Positions 1 through 12,117 of a DNA stretch of 64,000 nucleotides are shown here, one piece after another. Origin of the DNA: an uncultured Alphaproteobacteria bacterium (GTDB taxonomy: Bacteria; Pseudomonadota; Alphaproteobacteria; Rhizobiales; Beijerinckiaceae); the NCBI GenBank assembly GCA_963753135.1, contig CAVWBA010000021.1:12166-76165 (forward strand). The letters run 5' to 3'. The stretch's first letter is position 1. Each line of letters starts with the position of its first letter. The position numbers were made by a program, and so were the translations under genes. The notes under the pieces were generated by a model. The model was not told the DNA's origin. It made no database searches and saw only the letters and a list, made by a program, of their open reading frames with translations.

Positions 1-2
1 GG

Positions 3-1199
3 TCAGGCAGGAGATTGATCCCGACTGCGCCGCAGGATGAGCGCGAGGCCCATGAGGCGTCGATCCGGGCGGAGGTAGCGAATTTCAAGCAGAAGGCGAT
101 CGACGCTGGCGGGCTCTACATCATCGGCACGGAGCGGCACGAAAGCCGCCGCATCGACAACCAGTTGCGCGGTCGATCGGGGCGCCAGGGGGACCCGGGC
201 CGGTCGAAGTTCTTCCTGTCTCTCCAGGACGATCTCATGCGCATTTTCGGGGCGGAGCGCATGGACGCGATGCTCAAGCGGCTCGGTCTCAAAGAGGACG
301 AAGCGATCGTTCACCCGTGGATCAATAAAGCGCTCGAGAAGGCGCAGCAGAAGGTCGAGGCGCGCAATTTCGACATCCGTAAGAACATTCTCAAGTTTGA
401 CAACGTGATGAACGACCAGCGCAAGGTCATATTCGAGGACCGGCGCAGGATGATGGCGTCGGAATCGCTCGAATCGACGATTGAGGATATGCGGACTGGC
501 GTCATCGACGACATTGTCGCGAAGCACATCCCGCACGACGCGTATCCCGAGGCCTGGGACATCGCAGGGCTAAAGAGCGAGGTCCTCAACAAGCTGAGCC
601 TCGATCTTCCGGTCGATGAATGGGCCAAGGAAGAGGGCATCGCTGACGAAGAAGTCGCGGCCAGACTGCACAAGGCGGCCGAAGACGCCTACGCCGATCG
701 TGTTCAGCGCAACACGCCTGACGTCATGCGGTACATCGAAAAGCAAGTCATCTTGCAGTCGCTTGACCATTTGTGGCGCGAGCATCTCGTCACGCTGGAT
801 CATTTGCGCCAGGTCATCGGCTGGCGGGGCATGGCGCAGCGCGATCCCTTGAACGAGTACAAGTCCGAAGCTTTCGAGCTTTTCCGGGAGTTGATCACCC
901 AGTGGCACGAAGGCGTCATTGGGCAAATCTCGCGGGTTGAGGTGCGGTTCCAGCAACCTGAGCCGGAGCCGCCGCCCATGCAATATCAACACATTGATCC
1001 CGCCACCGGCGAGAATGAATATGCGTTCGCTTCCCTTCCCCCCGCGGCGGACGTCGGTCTCTTGGCGGCGCCGTCCGGCGTCGATGTCGTCGATCGCGAC
1101 CCAAAAAATCCCTCGACATGGGGCCGGGTCGGTCGAAATGAACCCTGCCCGTGCGGATCGGGCAAGAAATTCAAACACTGCCACGGCCAGGTCGCTTGA
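3..1199 (+). CDS. secA: Preprotein translocase SecA, 3' part (runs off the window start)
   Basis: [25 protein letters not shown] motif and C-terminal SEC-C Zn motif [19 protein letters not shown]. Confidence 0.98.
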   Translation, partial: SGRRLIPTAPQDEREAHEASIRAEVANFKQKAIDAGGLYIIGTERHESRRIDNQLRGRSGRQGDPGRSKFFLSLQDDLMRIFGAERMDAMLKRLGLKEDEAIVHPWINKALEKAQQKVEARNFDIRKNILKFDNVMNDQRKVIFEDRRRMMASESLESTIEDMRTGVIDDIVAKHIPHDAYPEAWDIAGLKSEVLNKLSLDLPVDEWAKEEGIADEEVAARLHKAAEDAYADRVQRNTPDVMRYIEKQVILQSLDHLWREHLVTLDHLRQVIGWRGMAQRDPLNEYKSEAFELFRELITQWHEGVIGQISRVEVRFQQPEPEPPPMQYQHIDPATGENEYAFASLPPAADVGLLAAPSGVDVVDRDPKNPSTWGRVGRNEPCPCGSGKKFKHCHGQVA

Positions 1200-2077
1200 C
1201 GGATCGCCTCACGCTTGAGGCTTCGACCGCCTGCTCGGAGGCGCTAGCGACCCTCAAGGAAACGTTTGAGGTTCGCGGAATCGAAAACCCGGCGCGAGAG
1301 GCTCGGCTGAGCCTATGCGCAGCCTCTGGCGTTTCGCAAGTTGCGTTGATTGTCGACCCGTGCGCGCCGCTCGGTTCGGCAGCGTCGAGGGTTCGGGAGG
1401 TCGCTGCGCGTAGGGTGGCCGGCGAACCGCTGTCGAGGATCCTTGGCAGACGCGAATTCTGGGGCCTCTCGCTCGCGATATCGTCGCAGGTGCTCGACCC
1501 CCGACCGGAAACGGAAACGATTGTCGAAGCCGCGCTCTCGATTCTGAGCGATCGTCGCGATGAGCCGCTGTGTATCCTAGACCTTGGCGTTGGCTCGGGC
1601 GCGCTGTTGTGCGCGCTCCTCACCGAATTCGCCAAGGCGCACGGGGTCGGGGTCGATATCTCAGCCGACGCGGCAGCCGTGGCTCTCGGCAATCTTGTCG
1701 CATGCGGCCTGTCTGAGCGCGCCGAGATTCGAGTTGGGGACTGGACGGATGGTCTTGAAGGGCCGTTTGACCTGATCGTCGCCAATCCGCCGTATATTCC
1801 GACGTCTGATCTCCCGCGGCTGCCGAGAGAGGTCCGTGACTTCGATCCCTGGCTCGCGCTCAACGGCGGGATTGACGGATTTTCCGCTTATCGACGAATC
1901 CTGCCTGGATCGAGGTCCTTGCTTGCTTCGGGCGGCTGGCTGCTCGTCGAATTTGGCGTGGAACAAGCAGCGATGCTCCGCGCCATCGCGGAGCAATCCG
2001 GCTTTGCCGGTCCTACGATATACAAAGACCTTGCGGGTCTGGACCGTGTCCTGGCCGGAGCCGCGCGGCGCGAGTGA
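1196..2077 (+). CDS. prmC: Release factor glutamine methyltransferase (HemK/PrmC)
   Basis: PRPETE, DLGVGSG SAM-binding motif and NPPY motif; TTG start overlaps the secA stop. Confidence 0.95.
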   Translation: MTDRLTLEASTACSEALATLKETFEVRGIENPAREARLSLCAASGVSQVALIVDPCAPLGSAASRVREVAARRVAGEPLSRILGRREFWGLSLAISSQVLDPRPETETIVEAALSILSDRRDEPLCILDLGVGSGALLCALLTEFAKAHGVGVDISADAAAVALGNLVACGLSERAEIRVGDWTDGLEGPFDLIVANPPYIPTSDLPRLPREVRDFDPWLALNGGIDGFSAYRRILPGSRSLLASGGWLLVEFGVEQAAMLRAIAEQSGFAGPTIYKDLAGLDRVLAGAARRE

Positions 2078-2190
2078 GACCGCGCATCCCGCGCGAGGGT
2101 GAGAATCCGGCGTGGAACGCCAGAAAATGGAAGACGCGGCCGAGGGGAGGCGGCCGCGTCTTCTCTAAGCCGAGGCTAACGGCCTCGGGA

Positions 2191-2709
2191 CTACTCGGCG
2201 CCGTCGCGATCGGGTTCGCCCATGTGATGGCCCATCATCTCCATGGCGAACCGGGACCGCTCCGGCATTAGCATACGGCCAAGCATGCCAAATTTGTGCT
2301 TCTGCGAGTCGTCGAGGGAATCGTACAGGGGCTTGGCGGCGTCGGCGATCTTCTTGATGTTGGCGGCGCCCTGCGACAGACGGTCGGCCATGGCGTCAAG
2401 ATGCTCGATGGGCGACATGCGCTCGCCCTCAGCGCGCATCCGCATCATCTGACCCATGGCGTCCATGCGCGACTTATCGGCGTCCTTGACCGCGGACTCG
2501 AACGGGCTCCAAAGCTTTTCCTGGTCGGCCGTCAATCCAAGGCCCGCCCTCATGCCGGCGAGCTTGGCGTCCAGCATCATCTCGCGGTCGGCGGCCCATT
2601 GCTGCATGCGCTCCGCGCGCGCGGCCTGCTGATCGCCTTCCGCGGCCACCGCAAGGACGGGAGCGGATAGGAAACCCACGAAAAGCGCCATGAGGAGTGT
2701 GCGTTTCAT
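2191..2709 (-). CDS. Spy/CpxP (LTXXQ) family periplasmic chaperone
   Basis: Signal peptide MKRTLLMALF...; LGLTADQ and LDDSQK LTXXQ-type motifs; Met-rich. Confidence 0.8.
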   Translation of the reverse strand: MKRTLLMALFVGFLSAPVLAVAAEGDQQAARAERMQQWAADREMMLDAKLAGMRAGLGLTADQEKLWSPFESAVKDADKSRMDAMGQMMRMRAEGERMSPIEHLDAMADRLSQGAANIKKIADAAKPLYDSLDDSQKHKFGMLGRMLMPERSRFAMEMMGHHMGEPDRDGAE

Positions 2710-3003
2710 CACGATTCCGGGTGCTCGTTCCGCACGCAAAGCTGACGGCTAGCCGGATGGATTGCAAATGAACTCGGCGTAATGAAGGCGCTTAAGCGGA
2801 GGCTGCGTTTGTGGTTAGCGCGCGCTTAAGAATGAGCGTGAGGCGAGCCAACGTTGGGGGGACGCGTCGTTTTGATGGGAGTGGGAATCAACGGGTCTGC
2901 TTAGGACCAAACTCGCTGATCGCCCGGCGGGCGGCGGAACCCGCCGGCCACTGGAAAAATCGCTTTGAACACCAATATATTGTAAGCTCGCGGGAAAGGT
3001 TGA

Positions 3004-5577
<2,574 letters not shown>

Positions 5578-5655
5578 GGCCGCGGCGTCCGGTCGGTCCG
5601 TTTGGGTTTTCTTGGCGCGTCGCCATTTCGCTGCGAAGACCCCCGATTCTGAGTG

Positions 5656-5708
5656 TTGGATTTCCTTGGATTACTCTCGTCAGAATCTAGTCTTTTCAAT
5701 GGGTTACG
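5656..5708. repeat. Dispersed intergenic repeat, copy 1
   Basis: ttggatttccttgga...gaatctagtcttttcaatgggttacg resembles 8036-8077 and 44864-44882. Confidence 0.6.
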
Positions 5709-5914
5709 CGCGGCCTATAGCCGGAGGAATATTTCTCGGCGCCTTTTCCGGCCGTTGAGAAAGCGCCGGGACGGAAGTCTGCGGGCTTGGGCCATCCGAA
5801 CGGCAGGCTTCTTCATGAGGCAAGCTTAATGTAACGTGATTTCTGATTTTCTGCAAGAGATTGTCGTCCCGAAGGCGGGCGCGTTTCGCGGCGCCGGGAG
5901 GCCCTGAGCCCTGT

Positions 5915-6475
5915 TCACGATCCGAGGTCGAGCATGAGTTGCGAATCCTTCGGATAGGCCAGCGTCCCATCCGGCTCGACCCGGGCTTCCGGCGTCAAAC
6001 GCGCTTGCTCAAGGTGGCCGGGGCCCAGGATATGGAAGACCTCGTTGCCCGCGGCGATGAGATAATCGGCGATGATGCGGCGATGGCATCGCCACCAGAG
6101 GCTTTCCGCGCACATGACGGTCGACAGCGTCGCGTGACCGAGCGCGCGCAGTTTTTTAAGGCCTGAGCGAAATTCTTCGCTCAGCGCGTAGTCGGCGTAG
6201 TTGTGAAAGCTTGCGTTCTCCCAGAAAGCGTTGACCTCGGGCGATACGCCAGGCTGCTTTCCGCGAAGTCCCCCGAGTGCGGCCAAATGCTCATACGCAA
6301 TTCCATGCGCAGCGAGAGCGGCGGGGAGGACGTCGCGGTTGAATTGCGGGTTGGTCCGGGAGCGCGGGACGGTCCGCACGTCGACGACGAGCTTGATGTC
6401 CGCGGCCTTGAGCAGTGCGACGAACTCTTGCGCCGGACGAGTCGAATGTCCGATGGTGAAGAATGGGTTGGACAT
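5915..6475 (-). CDS. DUF488 family protein
   Basis: FTIGHS, VDVRTVPRSR, LMCAE-like VMCAE and CHRRIIAD; likely ATG at 6475. Confidence 0.9.
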   Translation of the reverse strand: MSNPFFTIGHSTRPAQEFVALLKAADIKLVVDVRTVPRSRTNPQFNRDVLPAALAAHGIAYEHLAALGGLRGKQPGVSPEVNAFWENASFHNYADYALSEEFRSGLKKLRALGHATLSTVMCAESLWWRCHRRIIADYLIAAGNEVFHILGPGHLEQARLTPEARVEPDGTLAYPKDSQLMLDLGS

Positions 6476-6600
6476 GGCGAGGAATATATACATCGCCTGC
6501 GTCGCGACGCGGCCGCAGCGCTTCGGCGCGACCAGGCCGGGGTTGATGCGCTGCGGAGCCAATAGTATACAATTATGATACATTTTTCGCAGGAGCGACC

Positions 6601-7440
6601 ATGCGCCAGTTCGTCCTCGCCGCGTTTCTCGCCTTTGCCGCCCTGCCGGCCGTCGCGGCTGAGCGATGGCAGACCTTGCCGCCGACGCCGGCGCCGATCG
6701 CCACCGACCGCAGCGGCGAGGCCGACGCCAACGGGATCAAGATCCACTATGCCATCTACGGCAAGGGCTCGCCGGTGATCTTCCTGCACGGCGGCCTCGC
6801 CAATACCGACTATTGGGGCAATCAGGTTCCAGCCGTCGCGGCCCATCACACCGTGATCTTGATGGACAGTCGCGGGCACGGCCGCTCGACCCGCGACGCT
6901 CGGCCCTATGGGTACGATCTGATGGCCGACGATGTCGTGGCGCTCATGGATGTGCTCAAGATCCCGAAGGCCGACATCGTCGGCTGGAGCGACGGCGGCA
7001 TTCTCGGCATCGACCTCGCGATGCGCCACAAGGATCGCGTCGGCAAGGTGTTCGCCTTCGCCGCCAACACCGTGACCTCGGGCGTGGTCGAGGGCGTCGA
7101 GAAAAATCCGACCTTCGCCGCCTATATCGAGCGCGCCGGCCATGAATATGCCGAGCATTCCACGACGCCCAAGGAATACGACGCCTTCGTCGACCAGATC
7201 AGCAAGATGTGGGCGGACCAGCCGAACTGGACGGACGATCAACTCAAGGCGATCGACACGCCGGTCCTCGTCGTCGACGGCGACCATGACGAGGCGATCA
7301 AGCGTGCGCACACCGAATATATTGCGGCGACCATCCCGCACGCCGGCCTCCTCATCCTGCCGAACGTGAGCCATTTCGCCTTCCTGCAGGACCCCGACCA
7401 GTTCAATTTCGCCATCCTGCATTTCCTCGGCGACGAGTAG
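6601..7440 (+). CDS. Secreted alpha/beta fold hydrolase
   Basis: Signal peptide; HGG, DSRGHGRS, nucleophile elbow GWSDGG, GDHD acid, SHF His. Confidence 0.92.
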   Translation: MRQFVLAAFLAFAALPAVAAERWQTLPPTPAPIATDRSGEADANGIKIHYAIYGKGSPVIFLHGGLANTDYWGNQVPAVAAHHTVILMDSRGHGRSTRDARPYGYDLMADDVVALMDVLKIPKADIVGWSDGGILGIDLAMRHKDRVGKVFAFAANTVTSGVVEGVEKNPTFAAYIERAGHEYAEHSTTPKEYDAFVDQISKMWADQPNWTDDQLKAIDTPVLVVDGDHDEAIKRAHTEYIAATIPHAGLLILPNVSHFAFLQDPDQFNFAILHFLGDE

Positions 7441-7592
7441 CCGGCGCGTCAGCCGGGCGCCGATCCCGCGAGAGGGAGTTGACGACCTCCGAGCCGACAC
7501 CGGATCATTAGGGCGCCGGCCATGGGTTCAGATCGGAACAGCCTCGCTGCGCCCCGCATCCGGGCCGAGTAGGAGCGGCGAGGGCGCCGACC

Positions 7593-7889
7593 TCACCCCT
7601 TCAGATGCTCGATCTCCATGAAGGCGAAGTCGAACGGGTTGGCGTTGACCACATTGTGCTCGACGCCCTCGCGGCGCGCGTAAGGGACATGCCGCTTGAG
7701 CGTCGCGGTGCGCGAGCCGCCGCCCGGCTCCTCGAGCAGCAGGTCGCCGTCGAGCATGGGCACGACGACATAGTCGGCCTCGTGCCGGTGCCATCCGGTC
7801 TCCGCGCCCGGCTTAAACCGCCACTCGGTGACCCGCACATGCGGCTCCGAGATATGGACATGGGGTGTGGCTTGGGGTCGTGAGGACAT
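7593..7889 (-). CDS. Small cupin domain protein
   Basis: GWHRHEADYVVVP and GVEHNVVN cupin motifs; ATG at 7889. Confidence 0.85.
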   Translation of the reverse strand: MSSRPQATPHVHISEPHVRVTEWRFKPGAETGWHRHEADYVVVPMLDGDLLLEEPGGGSRTATLKRHVPYARREGVEHNVVNANPFDFAFMEIEHLKG

Positions 7890-8035
7890 GGGCTCTTCCT
7901 TTGGAGGTCGAGCCGCCACTAAACGCCAGACGCTACGGGGTTAGCAAGAGGCCCAGACGGCGCCCGGATGCAACCGAAGCGCGAGTCGCCGTCAAGTAAA
8001 CAAAAGGAAATGCAAGGAAAATCGCTTGGAGGTGT

Positions 8036-8077
8036 TTGGATTTCTTTGGCCGAATCGGGACTTTTCAGTGGGTTACG
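8036..8077. repeat. Dispersed intergenic repeat, copy 2
   Basis: ttggatttctttggccgaatcgggacttttcagtgggttacg, similar to 5656-5708. Confidence 0.6.
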
Positions 8078-8595
8078 AGCAAAAAAATAAAAAAAATCGT
8101 TCTCCTCTAAACTCGCCTTCGAGGTTGTGCCCCTGCGTCGCGCGTCAAGTACACCCCTCCGTTCTCCAGACAGGGCTTGTCGCCGGCCTTAGTTTTCCTT
8201 CAACGAAAAACGTATTCCATAATTTCTGATTTGTCAATGAATCGATCCGGACCTTGATCGCCCATTTCTCTCATCAGACCGGCCGCGCCGTCCCGGCCGG
8301 ACTGATCCTGGCGAGCCGTCCGAAAGGGCCTCCGTCGCCGCAATTGCGAATCCGGAGGCGCCGGCGTTAGGGCCCGCGTGCGCCGCGGGGGGCAAGCGAA
8401 GGTCCTCGCCAATCGATGGCGGCCCGAAGGCGCGCCGCTAAAATCACGAAGATCGAAGGGTTCGGGCTCCCTGGCGGCCTCGCCGCCTCGTCCGGTCTCG
8501 GCGGATTCGTTGGCCAGCTCGCCTTCGCCCGGATTGCGAGGCTCGCGAGACTTGGTCAGAATGGCGCGATCCTAATCAAACTTCTGGAAGCGCTC

Positions 8596-8987
8596 ATGAA
8601 CAAACTCGTCGCGATTGCCGCCCTCGGCCTCATCGCCGGAACGGCGGCCGGCTGCCAGACCCCGGAACAATCGAGTTTTCAGGCCTCGAATGTCTGCGTG
8701 GCGGCCGGTCTGCACCCCGGAACCGCCGCCTATCGCCGATGCTACTCGGCGAATTACGCCAACCTGCGCTACAATTCCCAGGAGGCCGAGAACGCGGCGG
8801 TCGCGGGCGCGGCGCTCGGCGTCGCTGGCGGCGCGCTCGCCGGCGCCGCGATCGCCAATTCCGGCCCCTATTATTACGGCGGCGGCTGGGGCCCGGGCTG
8901 GGGCTATCGCCCTTATGTTATGGTTATGGTTATGGCTGGGGCTGGTGAGGCTGGGGTCGGCGGTGCGGCTGGGGCGGCTGCTGGTAA
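8596..8987 (+). CDS. Small lipoprotein with glycine zipper and Gly/Tyr/Trp-rich tail (apparently frameshifted)
   Basis: Lipobox-like TAAGC, two further Cys, AGAALGVAGGALAGAA zipper; the YGYGYGWGW tail lies in another frame after ~8917. Confidence 0.65.
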
Positions 8988-9041
8988 GGCGGCGCCGGGA
9001 ATATCCCGCGCCATCGCCCGTGAATTTCGAAGGAAGCGCCG

Positions 9042-9510
9042 ATGACCGCAAAGACCCCCGAGGAACGCATCGCGGAACTTGGCCTCGCGCTTCCTCCTCC
9101 CGCCCGCGCGGTCGCGAACTATGTGCCCTGGGTGATCACCGGAAATCTGGTGATGACCTCAGGCAATCTGCCATGGGCAGACGGCAAGCTCGCCTATGTC
9201 GGCAAGATCGGCCGCGAGATTTCCGGGGAGGACGGCTACAAGTCGTGTCAGCTCTCCTGCCTGAACGCGCTCGCGCAGATCAAACAGGCGGTCGGCGAGC
9301 TTGCGAAGGTGAAGCGCATCGTGCGGCTGGAAGGGGTGCTTGGGCGTGGACGACGCCTACAAGGAGCATCCCAAATGCCTCGATGGCGCCTCCGATCTGA
9401 TCAACAACGCGTTCGAAGAGAAGGGCCGCCACACGCGCATGATCTACACCAACCCGGTGATGCCGCTCGACTGCACGTCGCTGGTGGTCCTGTTCGCGGA
9501 GATTGAGTGA
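9042..9510 (+). CDS. RidA/YjgF family protein (+1 frameshift near 9342)
   Basis: LGLALPPP, ANYVP, TSGNLP; the shifted frame continues DGASDL...GRHTR...PLD to TGA at 9508-9510. Confidence 0.85.
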
Positions 9511-9597
9511 GGGGCGGCGGCGTTTCCGTTCGACCGCCTCGACAGACTTCGCGAACGCAGCCCGTCCCGCGAATTGGGCATGCGCGGCTTGCCGAGT

Positions 9598-9612
9598 TAC
9601 CAAATTTTGGTA
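9598..9612. promoter_or_regulatory. Palindromic operator upstream of parD (likely ParD autorepression site)
   Basis: TACCAAA-T-TTTGGTA with perfect 7-bp arms, 21 nt before the parD ATG. Confidence 0.6.
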
Positions 9613-9633
9613 TCTTGAGGAACGTTGAGTCCC

Positions 9634-9885
9634 ATGAGCAAGAACACCTCCGTCAGTCTCGGCGAGCATTTCGCCGACTTCATTGAGGGCCAGGTCGCGA
9701 GCGGCCGCTATGGCTCGGCGAGCGACGTGGTGCGCGCGGGACTGCGCCTTCTGGAGGAACAGGAGACGCGCCTCGCGGCCCTCCGAGCGGCATTGATCGA
9801 AGGCGAGGACAGCGGTCCGCCGGCGCCATTCGATTTCGACGCATTTCTCGCCGCCAAGCGATCCGATGCGCGCCGCGCGCGGTGA
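9634..9885 (+). CDS. parD: ParD family (RHH) antitoxin
   Basis: [39 protein letters not shown]; overlaps parE. Confidence 0.93.
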   Translation: MSKNTSVSLGEHFADFIEGQVASGRYGSASDVVRAGLRLLEEQETRLAALRAALIEGEDSGPPAPFDFDAFLAAKRSDARRAR

Positions 9886-10175
9886 TGCGCCTCGAACTCA
9901 CTCCGAAAGCGCGCCGCGACATTGACGACATCTGGGAGCGCTCCTTCGAGCGCCACGGCGCTGCACAGGCGGAGACCTATATCCGAGGCATCGAACGCGC
10001 GATGCAGACGATCGCTGAGGATCCTCGCCGCGGGCGTCCTTGCGACGAAATTCGCTCTGGCTATCGGAAGTTCGCCGTCGGCTCGCATATGCTGTTCTTC
10101 CGCGTCGCGGATGGAGCGATTGTCATTGTCCGCATCCTGCATCAGCGAATGGATTTCGAGCGTCATTTGACATGA
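9882..10175 (+). CDS. parE: ParE/RelE family toxin
   Basis: [38 protein letters not shown]. Confidence 0.93.
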   Translation: MMRLELTPKARRDIDDIWERSFERHGAAQAETYIRGIERAMQTIAEDPRRGRPCDEIRSGYRKFAVGSHMLFFRVADGAIVIVRILHQRMDFERHLT

Positions 10176-10299
10176 AGCGCAACGGAGAAGGCGCGGCAAA
10201 GGGTTGAGTAAAGCGCCACCGGAATGCCGGTAATGCCACCGGAATGCACCGTAATGCGCACGAGATTGAGTGAAGGCGCGGCTTTTTCGCAGCCGGTTC

Positions 10300-10530
10300 T
10301 CAGTCCGACACGTATCGATGGATCAGCGCGTTGATTAGCGTCTGATAGAGGATCCCTTCCTGCAGCGCCCGCGATTTCAGGCGGACCAGATCACGCTTGG
10401 GGATGCGCAATGAGATTTTGGCGCGCTCGTCAGTCGTGGCCGCGCGCGCCATGGCTTCGATCTCGCGCTTGCGCGTCTCGGTCAATCCGCTTTTGAGCGG
10501 GGCGTCGCCGGTCTCGAAGGCCTCGATCAA
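10300..10530 (-). pseudogene. 5'-truncated CopG/RHH-type antitoxin-like gene
   Basis: KISLRIPKRDLVRLKSRALQEGILYQTLINALIHRYV; begins at LIEAFE directly after the stop of the upstream AT-rich gene, with no RBS. Confidence 0.6.
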
Positions 10531-10533
10531 AGC

Positions 10534-12117
10534 CTATACTGTAATCATAGATGAAGCCCTATCAGCCATCAGTTTAGCGCGAATCTCAAGAAAGCGGCGA
10601 GTGTCGCTTTCTTTCAAGGCCTTCAGCGCGTCCTTGTTGATCAATTGTCGTTCGAGTGAGACCTTACCCGCCGGTGTATCTGCGCAGTCAAAGATTAGCT
10701 CTCTGACAAGTTCTGGCTTAACTGGTAGATCGTCTGGCGAAGCAATAAGCACGTTTGCTGGTATGCGCGCCGACTGCATGCGGCCACGCGCTGAAATGAC
10801 TTCCTGCAATGACAGAATCGGGACGAAATATGCAGCATCGTAAGTTCCCGTTAGCACGGGAGTTGGAATTTCCACATTGAGGCGCAGCGAACGCGGACGG
10901 AGCCCAGCCATCATAGTCACGAAGGCTGTTGTGAGGGCTTTACCTTTGAGCATTCTCCTCCGGATAAAGCGTTCGGAATCGATCTTCGCTATTGGTAGAT
11001 CCAGTCGCCCGTCCTCGATTTGGGATTCAGTCGATTTAATCATTCTTGCAACGAAATTATCGGGACGGCCTTGAAGAGCCTCGTCAAAGCTCACATAAAA
11101 GAACCATGCCCTAAGCGCGGCCTTTTGCTCGATACTTAAAACTTGACGATCTCGAAATATTCTAAAAAGTACAAGCGTCTGCCCTTCATATGGAATAAAA
11201 TCGCTAGAAAATATTGATAGCTCTTCTCTCAAAAAGCCAAATACTCGTTGGAAGACGTTGACGACATCGACAACAGCATTGTTAAGCGACTTGGCCGGCT
11301 TCTGCCGCAGCGCTAGGAGGACGTCGGGTAGCGGGTCAAGATCATATATCAAACCCAGCGCCTTCACGATGGTGTCGTCAGTCAACTCAAAATCCTGAAC
11401 TTCAAGTCCTTCTCTAATTGTATCGAGAGCCTGATTTAGATCAAAGTGCTCTGACCAGGTAATTGCACGCATGAAGTCCACTCAACTTAAGCGAGTTCCA
11501 GTTGAATTCACACGCTCAAAGATAACCACTACCTCCTCCAAATTACGCTGGGCAAGCGTCACTAAAGGTATCATATATTCTTGGAATTGGCCCTGGAGAT
11601 CGGTTAATTTGGAAAGATTATCGTCCCCAAGACCGCTATCAATTAATGTGCGTTGTACTTCTAGGAGACGACGAGGATTGAATACGGCGTTAAGCGGCAC
11701 CGCCGTGACTGCGTTTCTAACTTCAGAGGAGTGTATGAAGCGTCCATCTACGATGTCAAATGCAACATCAAATATATTCTCATCGTTTTTGTCTTTATAG
11801 TGGAAGACACCGTACAACGACGAAAGTCGCTGAAGACCGTCTAGTACGTAACTTAGTGGAAACTCAGGCTTGCTTTTCGGGAATGGTATTTCAGGCGAAT
11901 TGCTCAGCCGTAGGAAGTCGTGGTCGACGGCCCATAGCAACAAACTCCCGATCGGATACCCTTTATAGACGCTTTCCAAAAGTTCAATTACGTTGTCTAG
12001 CTCCCAGACGAACGTGCGTTGGAAGGCGGGTACAACAATTTTTCCACTGTCGATCCGTCGAAATATCGTTGTCAGATGCTCAACAGAAGGCTGTGGCGGA
12101 AAGGCGCTGCGTGTCAT
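10534..12117 (-). CDS. DUF262 (GmrSD N-terminal, ParB-like) protein interrupted by an in-frame TGA at 11482-11484
   Basis: PAFQRTFVW, GYPIGSLLLW, VLDGLQRLSSL, FERVNSTGTRLS; the frame continues TGA-VDFMRA into the 315-aa C-terminal ORF; 1584 nt is an exact codon multiple. Confidence 0.85.

Noticed and set aside
7480-7590. Possible sRNA/SRP RNA after a TTGACG hexamer
   Set aside because: The SRP helix-8 motif is not matched and no recognisable Rfam family is evident
10215-10258. Possible mini CRISPR array
   Set aside because: Units of 10-20 nt, no spacers, no cas genes
11482-11530. Selenocysteine recoding of the DUF262 TGA
   Set aside because: The position is not a Cys-type site and no evident SECIS hairpin follows
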